A stretch of DNA of 64,000 nucleotides. Source: Abditibacterium sp. Lineage in GTDB: Bacteria > Armatimonadota > Abditibacteriia > Abditibacteriales > Abditibacteriaceae. The stretch spans positions 2,240,001 to 2,304,000 of the forward strand of contig OZ251992.1 of NCBI GenBank assembly GCA_965246885.1. The letters run 5' to 3'. The first letter of the stretch is position 1, and each line of letters opens with the position of its first letter. Made by a program: the position numbers and the translations under genes. Positions 45,182-54,548 of this stretch are shown piece by piece. The notes under the pieces were generated by a model. That model had not been told where the DNA came from, did no database searches, and saw only the letters and a program-made list of their open reading frames with translations.

Positions 45182-45907
45182 TTAAGTCGAAAGATACGCC
45201 TTATCGCCTACGACTTTCAATGATCGGAAGGGCGGGTTGAACGGCACGGTCGAGTAGTTCACGACGGGATTAATGCGGCTGGACAATTGGTTCTTCACGA
45301 ACCCCGGCGCTTCCACGCCGCGCAGTTGCATCGAAAGAATGTCGAGATAGACATTATGGTCTGCCGTCTGCCGAAGTTTCGCCACGCCGGAAATGGGGCC
45401 GTTGATGAACGGGAAGTTGAGCACGCCGGTGACCCGCATCCTGTCTCCAACATATTTCACCCGCAGCTTCATGTCTTTAGTGCTTTTGCCCGCCGCAAGC
45501 ATTTTGGTGAGGTCGTTCTCAGAGATGACGACGCGCATCTGGGTGTTCGCGCGCAGTGTTTTCACTTTGCCGATGCTATACAAAGCGGGCACGTCCACCT
45601 GCACGTTCTGCGAGTGCAACTGGAACTGCGACACGAACAGCGACTTAAGCCGAGTCGCACCGCCCGCGATTTTCACGTCGGAGAAGTAACCCTGCGAGGC
45701 GCGGGCAGTAGGGGATAGATGAATAGCCAACGGCCTACCGTCTTGGCTTTTAATGACGCCGCGTAGCAACTGCTCGACGCGGTTGGTCACTCGCTGCCCG
45801 TTTGCGTCGGGCCTAATCGGAGGGGCCGCTTGGGTAGAAAAAGTCGAGACCAGCGAAGCGCCCACGATAAAGGCTATGGCTCCGCGCGAGAACAAGGAAG
45901 TTCGCAT
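45182..45907 (-). CDS. secreted DUF2993/LmeA-like putative lipid-binding protein
   Basis: Signal peptide; beta-rich; GYFSDVKI, VVISENDL, INPVV pattern recalled from DUF2993. Confidence 0.6.
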   Translation of the reverse strand: MRTSLFSRGAIAFIVGASLVSTFSTQAAPPIRPDANGQRVTNRVEQLLRGVIKSQDGRPLAIHLSPTARASQGYFSDVKIAGGATRLKSLFVSQFQLHSQNVQVDVPALYSIGKVKTLRANTQMRVVISENDLTKMLAAGKSTKDMKLRVKYVGDRMRVTGVLNFPFINGPISGVAKLRQTADHNVYLDILSMQLRGVEAPGFVKNQLSSRINPVVNYSTVPFNPPFRSLKVVGDKAYLST

Positions 45908-46047
45908 GGCCCTCTCGACGCACCGCGCGCCGATGCGCTCACGGAAAATTGTAACTGAGGTGCGCACGCTCTGGAAAATCTTAGCGATGCTAAAAACGCA
46001 AGGGCCGCGCTGGACGATTTCAAGCGCGACCCCTTCGTTCTCCAGAG

Positions 46048-47133
46048 TTACGCGTGCAAGTAGCTGTCGCGCACCGACGAGTAACCCGTCATGTCGCGGT
46101 AAGAAACCGAATTGCGTAAGCGCACACCTAATTCAGTTCCCGCCGCCAAGCGCGCATCCGACACGCGGCCCTTGTTCTTCGAGCGGTCATACAAATACCC
46201 GCCCGCCGCGCCAAGCACCGCCGAAAGTGTGGAATTCTGCTTGAGCACTTTGCCCAACAAAAAGCCCGCGCCCGCACCAATGCCGACCACTTTCAGGGTG
46301 TCGCTGCTTTTTTTGACGTTGCCCTTGGCGACGACGCGACCACTGGCGACTTGCTGCACCGAGTCGTTATCCAAGCCAATCAGCGTGCCATCGAGAGCAA
46401 CGGCTTGGTTGCCGGGCAAAATCGCGCGGCTCCAGCGCAGATCGAGCGTACCGGGGTTATTGCCGTCCTTGGGCGAAACGGCGACGACTTCGCCGGTCAG
46501 CTTCGTGCCAGAGGGAAACTCGGAGTCACCGTTTTGCTCAGAGACAACGGTAGCGGAGATGGGTTGGCCGACAGTTGCTGTTGCAGAGGAGATATCTTGG
46601 TCGAGCTTGACCTTCACAACCGCGTCAGCAGGAACCGAAATTTGTGAGATGCCTCCGATTTGCGTGCCGCTAACGCCGTTAGAGGTGAGTTTTGTGCCTT
46701 GCCCGACAATGGCGACGAGGTTCTGGGGGGCGCTGTAGTTGACCGAGGCGCCCAGCGCTTCAGACACAAAGCGGAGCGGAACATAGGTGCGCCCGCCAAA
46801 GGTGCTGGCGGCGGAAGACAGCGTGACGGGCACGTTGTTGACGCTCGCGCGCTTAGAGCCAAGGGTCATGCGCACAACCGTCGTGCCGCGTTGCGCCGCG
46901 ATTTCACGCGACAGGTCGTTGTAGTTGACCGACGCGCCCAGCGACTCGAAGATGTCGCGCATCGGCACTAACACGCGCCCGTTCTGCGTGTAAGCGCCCG
47001 ATTCGGTGCGCAGAACTTGCCCGTTGACCGTAATTTGTGGGGCTGGCCCGCTTTGCGCGTGGGCGGAAACGCCCAAACCTGCGCTGGTTGCCAAAAGGAG
47101 AAGGCCCGTCGTGGCCAGAGTGTGCTTTTTCAT
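46048..47133 (-). CDS. secreted protein: copper-amine-oxidase N-terminal (stalk) domain plus VirB10-like glycine-zipper domain
   Basis: Signal peptide; NGRVLVPMRDIFESLGASVNY and GRTYVPLRFVSEALGASVNY; C-terminal domain paralogous to 29530-30921. Confidence 0.85.
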   Translation of the reverse strand: MKKHTLATTGLLLLATSAGLGVSAHAQSGPAPQITVNGQVLRTESGAYTQNGRVLVPMRDIFESLGASVNYNDLSREIAAQRGTTVVRMTLGSKRASVNNVPVTLSSAASTFGGRTYVPLRFVSEALGASVNYSAPQNLVAIVGQGTKLTSNGVSGTQIGGISQISVPADAVVKVKLDQDISSATATVGQPISATVVSEQNGDSEFPSGTKLTGEVVAVSPKDGNNPGTLDLRWSRAILPGNQAVALDGTLIGLDNDSVQQVASGRVVAKGNVKKSSDTLKVVGIGAGAGFLLGKVLKQNSTLSAVLGAAGGYLYDRSKNKGRVSDARLAAGTELGVRLRNSVSYRDMTGYSSVRDSYLHA

Positions 47134-47208
47134 AGTGTCATCGCTCACCGCTCCGGGTGAACAGCGAACTACGACGGGGGTGGAGGCAATTTGTTCGCCG
47201 CTTCTTAC

Positions 47209-47931
47209 TTAATCGTCTTGGATTGTGGCCATTGGCAGCACGCCACTCGCGTTGGGCTTGTTGAGCACGTCTAATTTGATCGACTTAACGTGTCCATCCA
47301 AGAAAAGCACGCCGACAGTATCAAGGTGGCGGGGGACTAAGCGTTCGACGTAAGGGCTGGGGGTAGCGGGATTAAGGACTTGGCAATAAAAGCCGCCGTC
47401 GCCATCGAGAACCCACGCCGTCGTTGAGGGTGCGGCGGCGCGCGACAGGCCAACTAAGTCATTAGAAAGTGGGTGCGAGACGGGTGGGGTGCGGTCAGGT
47501 TGTCCCGGCCCGTAGCCGTGCATGATGATATAAGAGCCGAAGTCGTCGGTGTCGGCAGTCGGCAGGGTGTGGAACTCGTGCCAAGGGTTGGCCGCCTTGC
47601 CGGTCGCCGAGGGGCAAGTAAAGATTTGCTCGCTCTTGGTGTAGGGGAAGATGGCGTCCGTCCATTTGTAGCGCGCGTTGGGCGTCGAGGCGCGCTGAGT
47701 GGTGAGGGTGGAAGGGTTGGGAAAGGTGACGAACCAGTCTGGGCACAAAATCTCGTCGTAGTCCTGCGTGTATTGGATGAGGCCCATGCCGATTTGTTTG
47801 AGGTTGGACTGACAGGCGGCGCGGCGGGCGTTTTCGCGGGCGCGGCTAAACGCGGGGAACAGGATTCCCGACAAAATGGCGATGATGGCGACGACGACCA
47901 GCACTTCCAGCAACGTGAACGCGCGTTTCAT
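47209..47931 (-). CDS. DUF1559 / prepilin-type protein with H-X9-DG motif
   Basis: [50 protein letters not shown]. Confidence 0.92.
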   Translation of the reverse strand: MKRAFTLLEVLVVVAIIAILSGILFPAFSRARENARRAACQSNLKQIGMGLIQYTQDYDEILCPDWFVTFPNPSTLTTQRASTPNARYKWTDAIFPYTKSEQIFTCPSATGKAANPWHEFHTLPTADTDDFGSYIIMHGYGPGQPDRTPPVSHPLSNDLVGLSRAAAPSTTAWVLDGDGGFYCQVLNPATPSPYVERLVPRHLDTVGVLFLDGHVKSIKLDVLNKPNASGVLPMATIQDD

Positions 47932-48001
47932 AAGACCGAATAAACCAAGGAGAACGCGCTTTGTGACGCCTTAGCCGCGCGCTCGCCCCAAAGTATTCCT
48001 T

Positions 48002-48670
48002 CTACTTGTGTCGCGTAACGCCAGTTTGCGGGCACATCGGCAAAAGCGGACACGTCGAACAGCGCGGCAAATCGCCCTGACACACGTGCTTGCCAAACGG
48101 CACCAAGAGGCGGTTTATTTCCACCCACTTGTCGCGTGGCAGCTTTCCTTCGAGCGCGGTCATGGTCTTTTCAGGCGTTTTGGTTTGGACGTAGCCCCAC
48201 CTGTTACTCGCGCGGTGGACGTGGACATCCACGCCGATGAAAGGCAAATCGCACGCGATGCCCAGCGTCAGGTGCGCGCATTTCGGCCCGATGCCGCGCA
48301 TGGAAACCAGCACCGCTTCGTCGCACGGCAACTGTCCGCCGAACTCCTCGACGGTGCGGCGCGCTATCTCCCGTATCTGCGGCGCCTTGGTTTCGTGGTA
48401 GGTGCAGGGCTGAATCAGCGCGTCCACTTCCGCGTCCGATAAAGCGATTATTTCGGCAGGAGTGCGGGCGCGCTCGAAGAGCCGCACCGTTGCGGGAAGC
48501 GCGACTTCGTCGTAGGTGCGAATCGAAAGCAGACACGCGATGAGTTGCTCGAACACCGAAGCGTAGCCGTCCTCCTTGAGTTGAAACAGCGCGGCTTTGG
48601 GAAAGGGCGCGATGGCCGTTTCGACCAAGGGGAATGCGGCCTCGATATCGAATGGGAGTTTGTCGGGCAT
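48002..48670 (-). CDS. nth: endonuclease III family DNA glycosylase
   Basis: FEQLIACLLS, HhH MRGIGPKCA, VDVHVHR, Fe-S motif C-X6-C-X2-C-X5-C. Confidence 0.9.
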   Translation of the reverse strand: MPDKLPFDIEAAFPLVETAIAPFPKAALFQLKEDGYASVFEQLIACLLSIRTYDEVALPATVRLFERARTPAEIIALSDAEVDALIQPCTYHETKAPQIREIARRTVEEFGGQLPCDEAVLVSMRGIGPKCAHLTLGIACDLPFIGVDVHVHRASNRWGYVQTKTPEKTMTALEGKLPRDKWVEINRLLVPFGKHVCQGDLPRCSTCPLLPMCPQTGVTRHK

Positions 48671-48675
48671 GGCGT

Positions 48676-49821
48676 TTACTCCGCGTTACGGGCGCGCTTG
48701 CGGAGCATCCACAAGATCACCATCCCCGCGCCTGCCACGACGGAAAGCGCGTGTTCCGCGTCCAAGCGGCGCGTATGGAGCAGTTCGGCTTTCTTTTCGG
48801 GCGAAAGTTCCGGCTTGGCGGGCACCCCGGTTTTAGCGGCGCCGCTCGCGCTTCCGCGTTGAATGGCGGCGGGCGGGGACGGCGCAACTTTGACCCCGGC
48901 GGCGCGCGCTTCGGGTGAATCAACGGCAACGGCGTGCGGGCTGGGCGCGATTTTGGAGCCGAGCGTGTTGGCGTAGGCTTTGGTGAACTCGGCGCCCACG
49001 AACAGGATAGTCGCGGCGTAGTTCACCCACAAAAGCAGCACGACCAACGCGCCCGCCGAGCCGTAGGGCGAAGCCACCCCCTCGCGCCCCAGATACAGCC
49101 CCAGCGCCCAGCGTCCAACCGAAAACAAAACGCCCGTCACAAGGGCGCCAACTTCGACATCGCGCCACTGCAAATCGGCGTCAGGCAAGACTTTGAAGAT
49201 AGCGCCAAACAGCAGCGTCGAAACCAGCAGGCCGATGACGAAGTTGAGAATCCACGCCAACGCCGCCGAATGGCCGAACACTCCGCTCGCCGCGTTCGAG
49301 GCCGCCGACAAAACGGTTGACAGCACAAGCGATACCAGCAGCAGGAACCCGACGCCCAGCACCATTGCGAACGACACGAAGCGCGTGCGCACGAAGTTCA
49401 TCAGCCCTTCAGTCGGCTTGGGCACGACCCCCCAGATATTGTTGAGCGAGTCTTGTAGCGCGCCGAACAACCCGCTCGCACCCCACAACGCGATGCCAAG
49501 TGCAATCACCGTCGCCCAAATCGGCTTAGAAGAACTGGCGCCGTTGTTGGTGGCGCTTTTGATCATGGTTTGAATTGCGTCGGCGGCGACCGGCCCGACG
49601 TTTTGGACAATCTGCTCCTTGATAGCGTTGCCTGCTTGGGCGGCGTTGCCGAAATAAAGCGCGAGCGCCGAAATCAGCACCACCAAAAGCGGCGACAGCG
49701 AGAAGACGGTAAAGTAAGCGAGCGCGGCGGCGTGTCGATAGATGCGGTCTTCGCCAAAAGCGGTCGCGGTCTGCTTTCCGATGTCGATGAAGGAAGCGGT
49801 GGTGAGTTTGGTTCGTGTCAT
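48676..49821 (-). CDS. YihY/virulence factor BrkB family membrane protein
   Basis: [46 protein letters not shown]. Confidence 0.93.
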   Translation of the reverse strand: MTRTKLTTASFIDIGKQTATAFGEDRIYRHAAALAYFTVFSLSPLLVVLISALALYFGNAAQAGNAIKEQIVQNVGPVAADAIQTMIKSATNNGASSSKPIWATVIALGIALWGASGLFGALQDSLNNIWGVVPKPTEGLMNFVRTRFVSFAMVLGVGFLLLVSLVLSTVLSAASNAASGVFGHSAALAWILNFVIGLLVSTLLFGAIFKVLPDADLQWRDVEVGALVTGVLFSVGRWALGLYLGREGVASPYGSAGALVVLLLWVNYAATILFVGAEFTKAYANTLGSKIAPSPHAVAVDSPEARAAGVKVAPSPPAAIQRGSASGAAKTGVPAKPELSPEKKAELLHTRRLDAEHALSVVAGAGMVILWMLRKRARNAE

Positions 49822-49830
49822 AATCCCCAG

Positions 49831-49974
49831 ATGAAAGGCGTCAAGAAAGAAAACCTGCCCTCCAAAGTGTGCCCCGTCTGCGGTCGCCCGTTCACATGGC
49901 GCAAGAAGTGGGAGAAAAACTGGCCCGAAGTCAAATACTGCTCCGACAAATGCCGCGAGAACCGCGCCAAATAA
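49831..49974 (+). CDS. DUF2256 small zinc-binding protein (47 aa)
   Basis: [37 protein letters not shown]. Confidence 0.92.
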   Translation: MKGVKKENLPSKVCPVCGRPFTWRKKWEKNWPEVKYCSDKCRENRAK

Positions 49975-49980
49975 ATCGCC

Positions 49981-50211
49981 GCCACCGCTAATTTGCTCAT
50001 TTACGCCGCCAACTTCCTCTTTTATGACAAAAACTTGGTCGCGTATGACAAAATATCCCTCTGTTACGCCGCCAACTTCGTCGGTTACGCTGTCTACTTC
50101 CTCATTTATGACAAAACGTTCCTCGTTTATGACAAATACTTCCTCCGTTACGCCGTCAACTTCCTAATTTATCCCGCCAACTTCCTGATTTACGACAACT
50201 TCGTTCCATTT
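49981..50211. repeat. degenerate 21-bp-period tandem array, 10-11 units (family C)
   Basis: Units such as TACGCCGCCAACTTCCTCTTT, TATGACAAAAACTTGGTCGCG, TACGCTGTCTACTTCCTCATT, TATGACAAATACTTCCTCCGT; TAY recurs every 21 nt from 50002 to 50191. Confidence 0.9.
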
Positions 50212-50474
50212 TTTCGTCGTAGCCGCGTCGATAGACGCCCCGTCGAAGGCCCCGAAAAACGCGAATTGGATGATGTAGGCAATGGCGCTAAAGGCGGGGC
50301 GACGGCGCGCTTCCCCACCGCCGCCAAGATTTCTCCAAAGCCACTGTTTAAAAGCGCAAACAAATGGGCATACTGAGAGCGCGCCCAGAAGAAGCGGCGC
50401 CATCCCACTGATGAAAAAGTTTCGCAACTCATTCGGCAGACAAAGTTCTGCCCACTCGTTGGGCCGTTGGGCCG

Positions 50475-52151
50475 TTGGTGTTGTGTGCTGGCGCGCTGAT
50501 GCTGTCGTCTCAGGCGCACGCTGATTGGGCTTACACGGGCCCGACCTACGAAGGAACTTACAATGAATTTGTCGGAGCAAACTCGAGTACTAACAACACT
50601 CGTTCCTCCATCACCGCCGGATATGCAGGCCAAGACCCTGTTCCGTTAGGGGGCGGCCAAGGAACTGGCAATCCCGGCGATACAGTCGGTATTACAACTA
50701 ATGGCCAATGCACGGTTCACCTTCACTACAAGTGGAATGGCCCGGGCACTCCAACGCCGCTAATTGTGCGCGTCGAAGTCACCCCAGCCGCCTCCGCTCG
50801 CTCTCGCGTTAGCGTCACAGACCCTGACTTTCCTGCTACTGAGCATGTCAGCGTGTCAGTCACAGCAGGAGGAACCACGGCCAGCGATCCGAGTGGCACG
50901 CGCGTTGCGTCCTACAAACCCGGTGTCTTGATGACTCGCGCTACAACCAACCTCAAGGCATTAGTCACGCTTTCTTCCGGTGGCCCCGGCTCACCTATCG
51001 ACGTGGACTTACCAATTGGGTATAGTGCCAGCGCCACTCTTGATGGAGGCCGCTTCAAGGCTGTGCCCAACAACCCCAAGGGGCAACCCGTTCTTGGTGA
51101 TGTGGGAGCGGGCTGGATGACGGGGCAGGTCGTGCGAGATAACCGCGCCGTCCAACTCACGCGCAACGTGGGCAACGATTCACATGGCATTCCTTTGGAA
51201 TACATCACTTATTTTGGAGGTGATACGATAACATATGGGGATACGACCTACTCCTATCATTCGCGCTTGACAGGGCTTGAGCCAGCCCCTGATGATGTTT
51301 GGAATCAGCAAACTATCTACGCTACCATAAACGGCGACTGGAGTAAAACTCTCGGACTATACAATGTCACTCGACGGTGGGTTATCCCAACCAATTTTCT
51401 GACCAACGTAACAAGCGAGACTTTGAACAGCTTGAGCGGCCAAACCCGCATGAGTTCGGGCATGGAGAAATTCGCTACAAATTGGGTTGGCGCTCCTGCT
51501 AACGACGAAGATTCAGTGATCAAGTTCTTCGTTCGAGACAACGTGGACGGCGCCCAAAGTGCCCCACGCTATGTCCTACGACTTCATGATCCTGTCGATG
51601 GAGTATCAACGTCTGTAACAGGACTGAACGTGACATGTGGATTTTTGGATGTCAACGGACAGCCTGTGGTCGTTGATCATGCCAACTCCTTAGGCAACCC
51701 GAATCTCAATGGGACTGTTGGCAAAAGTTCTGGATGGTCAATCTCAGGCAGTATTGGAGAGATTGAGGGGTTTAAAAAGCCGTTGGGATTGGACGTTGGC
51801 TATAGCTACTCTACAGACACCGGAACCGAGAAGGCCATCACGTTGGACAAGGTGGCGCAACCCGTTGATCCCAACATGGAGCGTCAAGTGATGATCACCT
51901 ACAAATACAACCGTCATCACTCGTTTTTTGACCGGTGGAATGAGAAAGGCAAAGTGAGGCGGTATGCCTATGCGGGTACACCAACCACCGCCCCGCCAAC
52001 GATGGAAGTTCAGCACGAGGGCTTCAGCGACGAGTATAAGACAAGCTCGCTTTCTTTTGGGATGCAATATGATCCTACACAAGTGGGCACTGCTCCGGCT
52101 TCAACGGTCACACCGCCTCTGCCCCCTGCGGTCTCCACATTCAAATCATGA
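50475..52151 (+). CDS. large secreted beta-rich hypothetical protein; true start uncertain (possible frameshift from ATG 50411)
   Basis: 558-codon frame, Thr/Ser/Gly-rich, signal-peptide h/c-region LCAGALMLSSQAHA; visibly lower GC than flanks. Confidence 0.8.
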   Translation: MVLCAGALMLSSQAHADWAYTGPTYEGTYNEFVGANSSTNNTRSSITAGYAGQDPVPLGGGQGTGNPGDTVGITTNGQCTVHLHYKWNGPGTPTPLIVRVEVTPAASARSRVSVTDPDFPATEHVSVSVTAGGTTASDPSGTRVASYKPGVLMTRATTNLKALVTLSSGGPGSPIDVDLPIGYSASATLDGGRFKAVPNNPKGQPVLGDVGAGWMTGQVVRDNRAVQLTRNVGNDSHGIPLEYITYFGGDTITYGDTTYSYHSRLTGLEPAPDDVWNQQTIYATINGDWSKTLGLYNVTRRWVIPTNFLTNVTSETLNSLSGQTRMSSGMEKFATNWVGAPANDEDSVIKFFVRDNVDGAQSAPRYVLRLHDPVDGVSTSVTGLNVTCGFLDVNGQPVVVDHANSLGNPNLNGTVGKSSGWSISGSIGEIEGFKKPLGLDVGYSYSTDTGTEKAITLDKVAQPVDPNMERQVMITYKYNRHHSFFDRWNEKGKVRRYAYAGTPTTAPPTMEVQHEGFSDEYKTSSLSFGMQYDPTQVGTAPASTVTPPLPPAVSTFKS

Positions 52152-52996
52152 AAAAGTTCTTCATTGTCGGTTTGTGGATGCTGCTGAGCGTGAGCCAGAA
52201 GGCCGTATACGCTCAGATAGGCGCCGCTAAATGGCCCTTTCGCACCCGCGCTCAAGTCGAACGGGCCACCAAAGCCAATTTGCAGAATCTGCGTGCTTCT
52301 TACGACATCATCATGTCCGCGCGGCGTGTGGGCATGAGCCAGAGCGTTCTCAAGGTGTATGAGCAAGCGGCGGCAGGTGGCCCCTTCCAAACCCCGGATA
52401 AAGTCGCTGCCTTATACGCCTTTGCGTTTTGGGTAGACAGTTCCGCTATTCGCTGGAATTGGAAGGCAGACCGCGTCGCTGGAATCTGCCGAACCACTGG
52501 GGCAGATGCTGCGCGCATCACTCTCTATCAGCAAAGGGCGTTCGCTGCCCTGCCGAATTCGCCGGAAGTGTTGCTCTTTAATGCACTCGCTCAAGACCGG
52601 GCGGGAACCGACAACTTGAAGAACGCGCGCCGTCGGTTGCAACTCCTTGATCAAGCGATCAAGCTTGCCCCAAGATGGGGAGAACTCCACTTTTGGCGTA
52701 GCGAGGCGCTACAAAGCTGCGTTTATGAGTTGTCTGTGCCTAAAGGTCGCCCTTTATACCCGGCTTACGCACGAAAGGCTCTGATTGCTCTCGATAGGGC
52801 CATGCAGTTAGACCCGACCCTCCGACGCGAGGGGTTGGTCAATAAAATAGGCATATATCAGATGATGGGCAAACCCCGCGAGGCTTTAGCAGCGTTAGAC
52901 GCTTATGGGCGTGTCCATCCAGAATGGTTGTCATTGAAGGGAGTTTTTGAAAGACGACAACGCCTCTTGGGTCAAATCAAGAGCCAGGGAGGCTGA
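52148..52996 (+). CDS. secreted TPR-like protein
   Basis: Signal peptide MKKFFIVGLW..VYA; LDQAIKLAP, LDRAMQLDP, MGKPREALAA; ATGA overlap with the upstream gene. Confidence 0.8.
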   Translation: MKKFFIVGLWMLLSVSQKAVYAQIGAAKWPFRTRAQVERATKANLQNLRASYDIIMSARRVGMSQSVLKVYEQAAAGGPFQTPDKVAALYAFAFWVDSSAIRWNWKADRVAGICRTTGADAARITLYQQRAFAALPNSPEVLLFNALAQDRAGTDNLKNARRRLQLLDQAIKLAPRWGELHFWRSEALQSCVYELSVPKGRPLYPAYARKALIALDRAMQLDPTLRREGLVNKIGIYQMMGKPREALAALDAYGRVHPEWLSLKGVFERRQRLLGQIKSQGG

Positions 52997-53219
52997 CACC
53001 TAATCGTATCGGTCTGACCGCATTGGCTCGAAGCGCCTCGTTTCCGTGGGAAAGAGGCGCTCTTCGTTTTGCCTGCCATCTCCCTAAAACAGCATGAACC
53101 GTTTGCGGGGTTTGTCTGGGAAGGCGAGAGGAGGTTTGGGCGGGGCCTAAACACCCAAGTGCTTCCCCATTGCGACTCAAAGCGCAAACTCTGGCGCGCG
53201 CGTTGCGACACTGGGGGGT

Positions 53220-54548
53220 GTGGCTGCTCCTCTGCATGGCGTCTCGAAGGCGCTTAATCGCAAGTTGTTCGATATTCCTCGTTTGTCTCCGGCGCATGAC
53301 ATCGCGCGGCAGGGGCCGTTTCACTCGCGGCTGTTGCGGGCGGGGTGGGGGTTTTGGTTTCGCACCCTTGCGCCGGGGGGCCGCTACTTCTTTCTGGCGA
53401 CGCTGCTGTTCTTCCTGTATGGCGGCATGACGCTGGAGCCGCAGAGCTTCGTGCCGTTCGCGTATGCGCTTGTGGTGTGGGTGGTGGCCGAGATTGCCAA
53501 GGCGCTGGAAAAGCCCGGCGTCGAGCTTCGCGTTTCGCATCCCGACCGCATCGCGGCAGGCGAGCGCTTGCCCGTCGAAGTCGAGATACGCAACCGCCGC
53601 GCGAGCGCCTTGTCGGGCGGGCAACTCATCGCGCACCGTTTGCCCGACGCCGTTGATTTTCCGGCAGGCATGGGCATCCCCATTCCGACGCTTGAAGCGA
53701 ACGAGGGCGCGCGCGTCCATTTGGAGTTGGCTCCGCGTCGGCGCGGCTCGTATACGCTACGCGGTTTTCGCGTTGAAACGGCCTTTCCCTTCGGTTTGGT
53801 ATTCGCGTCGCGCGCGATAGAATCCCGCTCTCAACTCCTCGTTTACCCCAAGTTCTTTCCGCTTGACCGTTTGGAATTGCCGCAAAGCCGCCGCTATCAG
53901 CCGGGCGGCGTGGCGTTTGTGGCGGCGCGCGGTGAGTCGGTGGAATACATCGGCAACCGCGACTACCGCGAAGGCGACGCGGTGCGCGACATAGATTGGC
54001 GCGCGACGGCGCGACTTTCCCGGCCCATCGTGCGCGAGTTCCGCGAGGAGTATTTCCTGCGCGCGGCGGTCGTGCTCGATACGCACGTTCCCGAACCCAA
54101 TCCCGCCACGTGCGCCGATTTCGAGCGCGCCGTGTCGCTGTGCGCCGCGTGCGGCGATTACATGAACCGCGCGGATTACCTCGTGGACATTTTGGCAGCA
54201 GGGCCGAACCTGTTTCACTTGCAAGCCGGACGCGGCTTGGCGTCGCTCGACCAGATGCTCGACATTTTGGCGAGCGTGGATTCGACGGCGGCTTCACCTT
54301 GGCTGACGCTCGCGCCCACAGTGGAAGAGAATCTGGAAAAGATAACCAGCGTCATCTGCGTGTTCCTCGACTGGGACGAAGCGCGCCGCGATTTTGCCGA
54401 ACTACTGCAAAGCGGCGGCGGAGCGGTGAAAATCTTCATTCTGCGCGACGCGCGCACCGGCCCGACAACGCTGCCGACCGAGGGAACGTGGGACGGGGAG
54501 ATCGTCGTCTTAGGCGAGGAGGAATGGCAGCACGCCCGCGCTTTATGA
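53220..54548 (+). CDS. DUF58 domain protein
   Basis: TM pair, LLVYP, EYIGNRDYREGDAVRDIDWRATAR..IVREFREE, VVLDT, FERAVS. Confidence 0.92.
   Translation: MAAPLHGVSKALNRKLFDIPRLSPAHDIARQGPFHSRLLRAGWGFWFRTLAPGGRYFFLATLLFFLYGGMTLEPQSFVPFAYALVVWVVAEIAKALEKPGVELRVSHPDRIAAGERLPVEVEIRNRRASALSGGQLIAHRLPDAVDFPAGMGIPIPTLEANEGARVHLELAPRRRGSYTLRGFRVETAFPFGLVFASRAIESRSQLLVYPKFFPLDRLELPQSRRYQPGGVAFVAARGESVEYIGNRDYREGDAVRDIDWRATARLSRPIVREFREEYFLRAAVVLDTHVPEPNPATCADFERAVSLCAACGDYMNRADYLVDILAAGPNLFHLQAGRGLASLDQMLDILASVDSTAASPWLTLAPTVEENLEKITSVICVFLDWDEARRDFAELLQSGGGAVKIFILRDARTGPTTLPTEGTWDGEIVVLGEEEWQHARAL

Noticed and set aside
9410..50211. The 21-bp arrays as CRISPR arrays or DGR template/variable repeats
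   Set aside because: No constant repeat with unique spacers, no cas or reverse transcriptase gene, and variation is not restricted to adenines.
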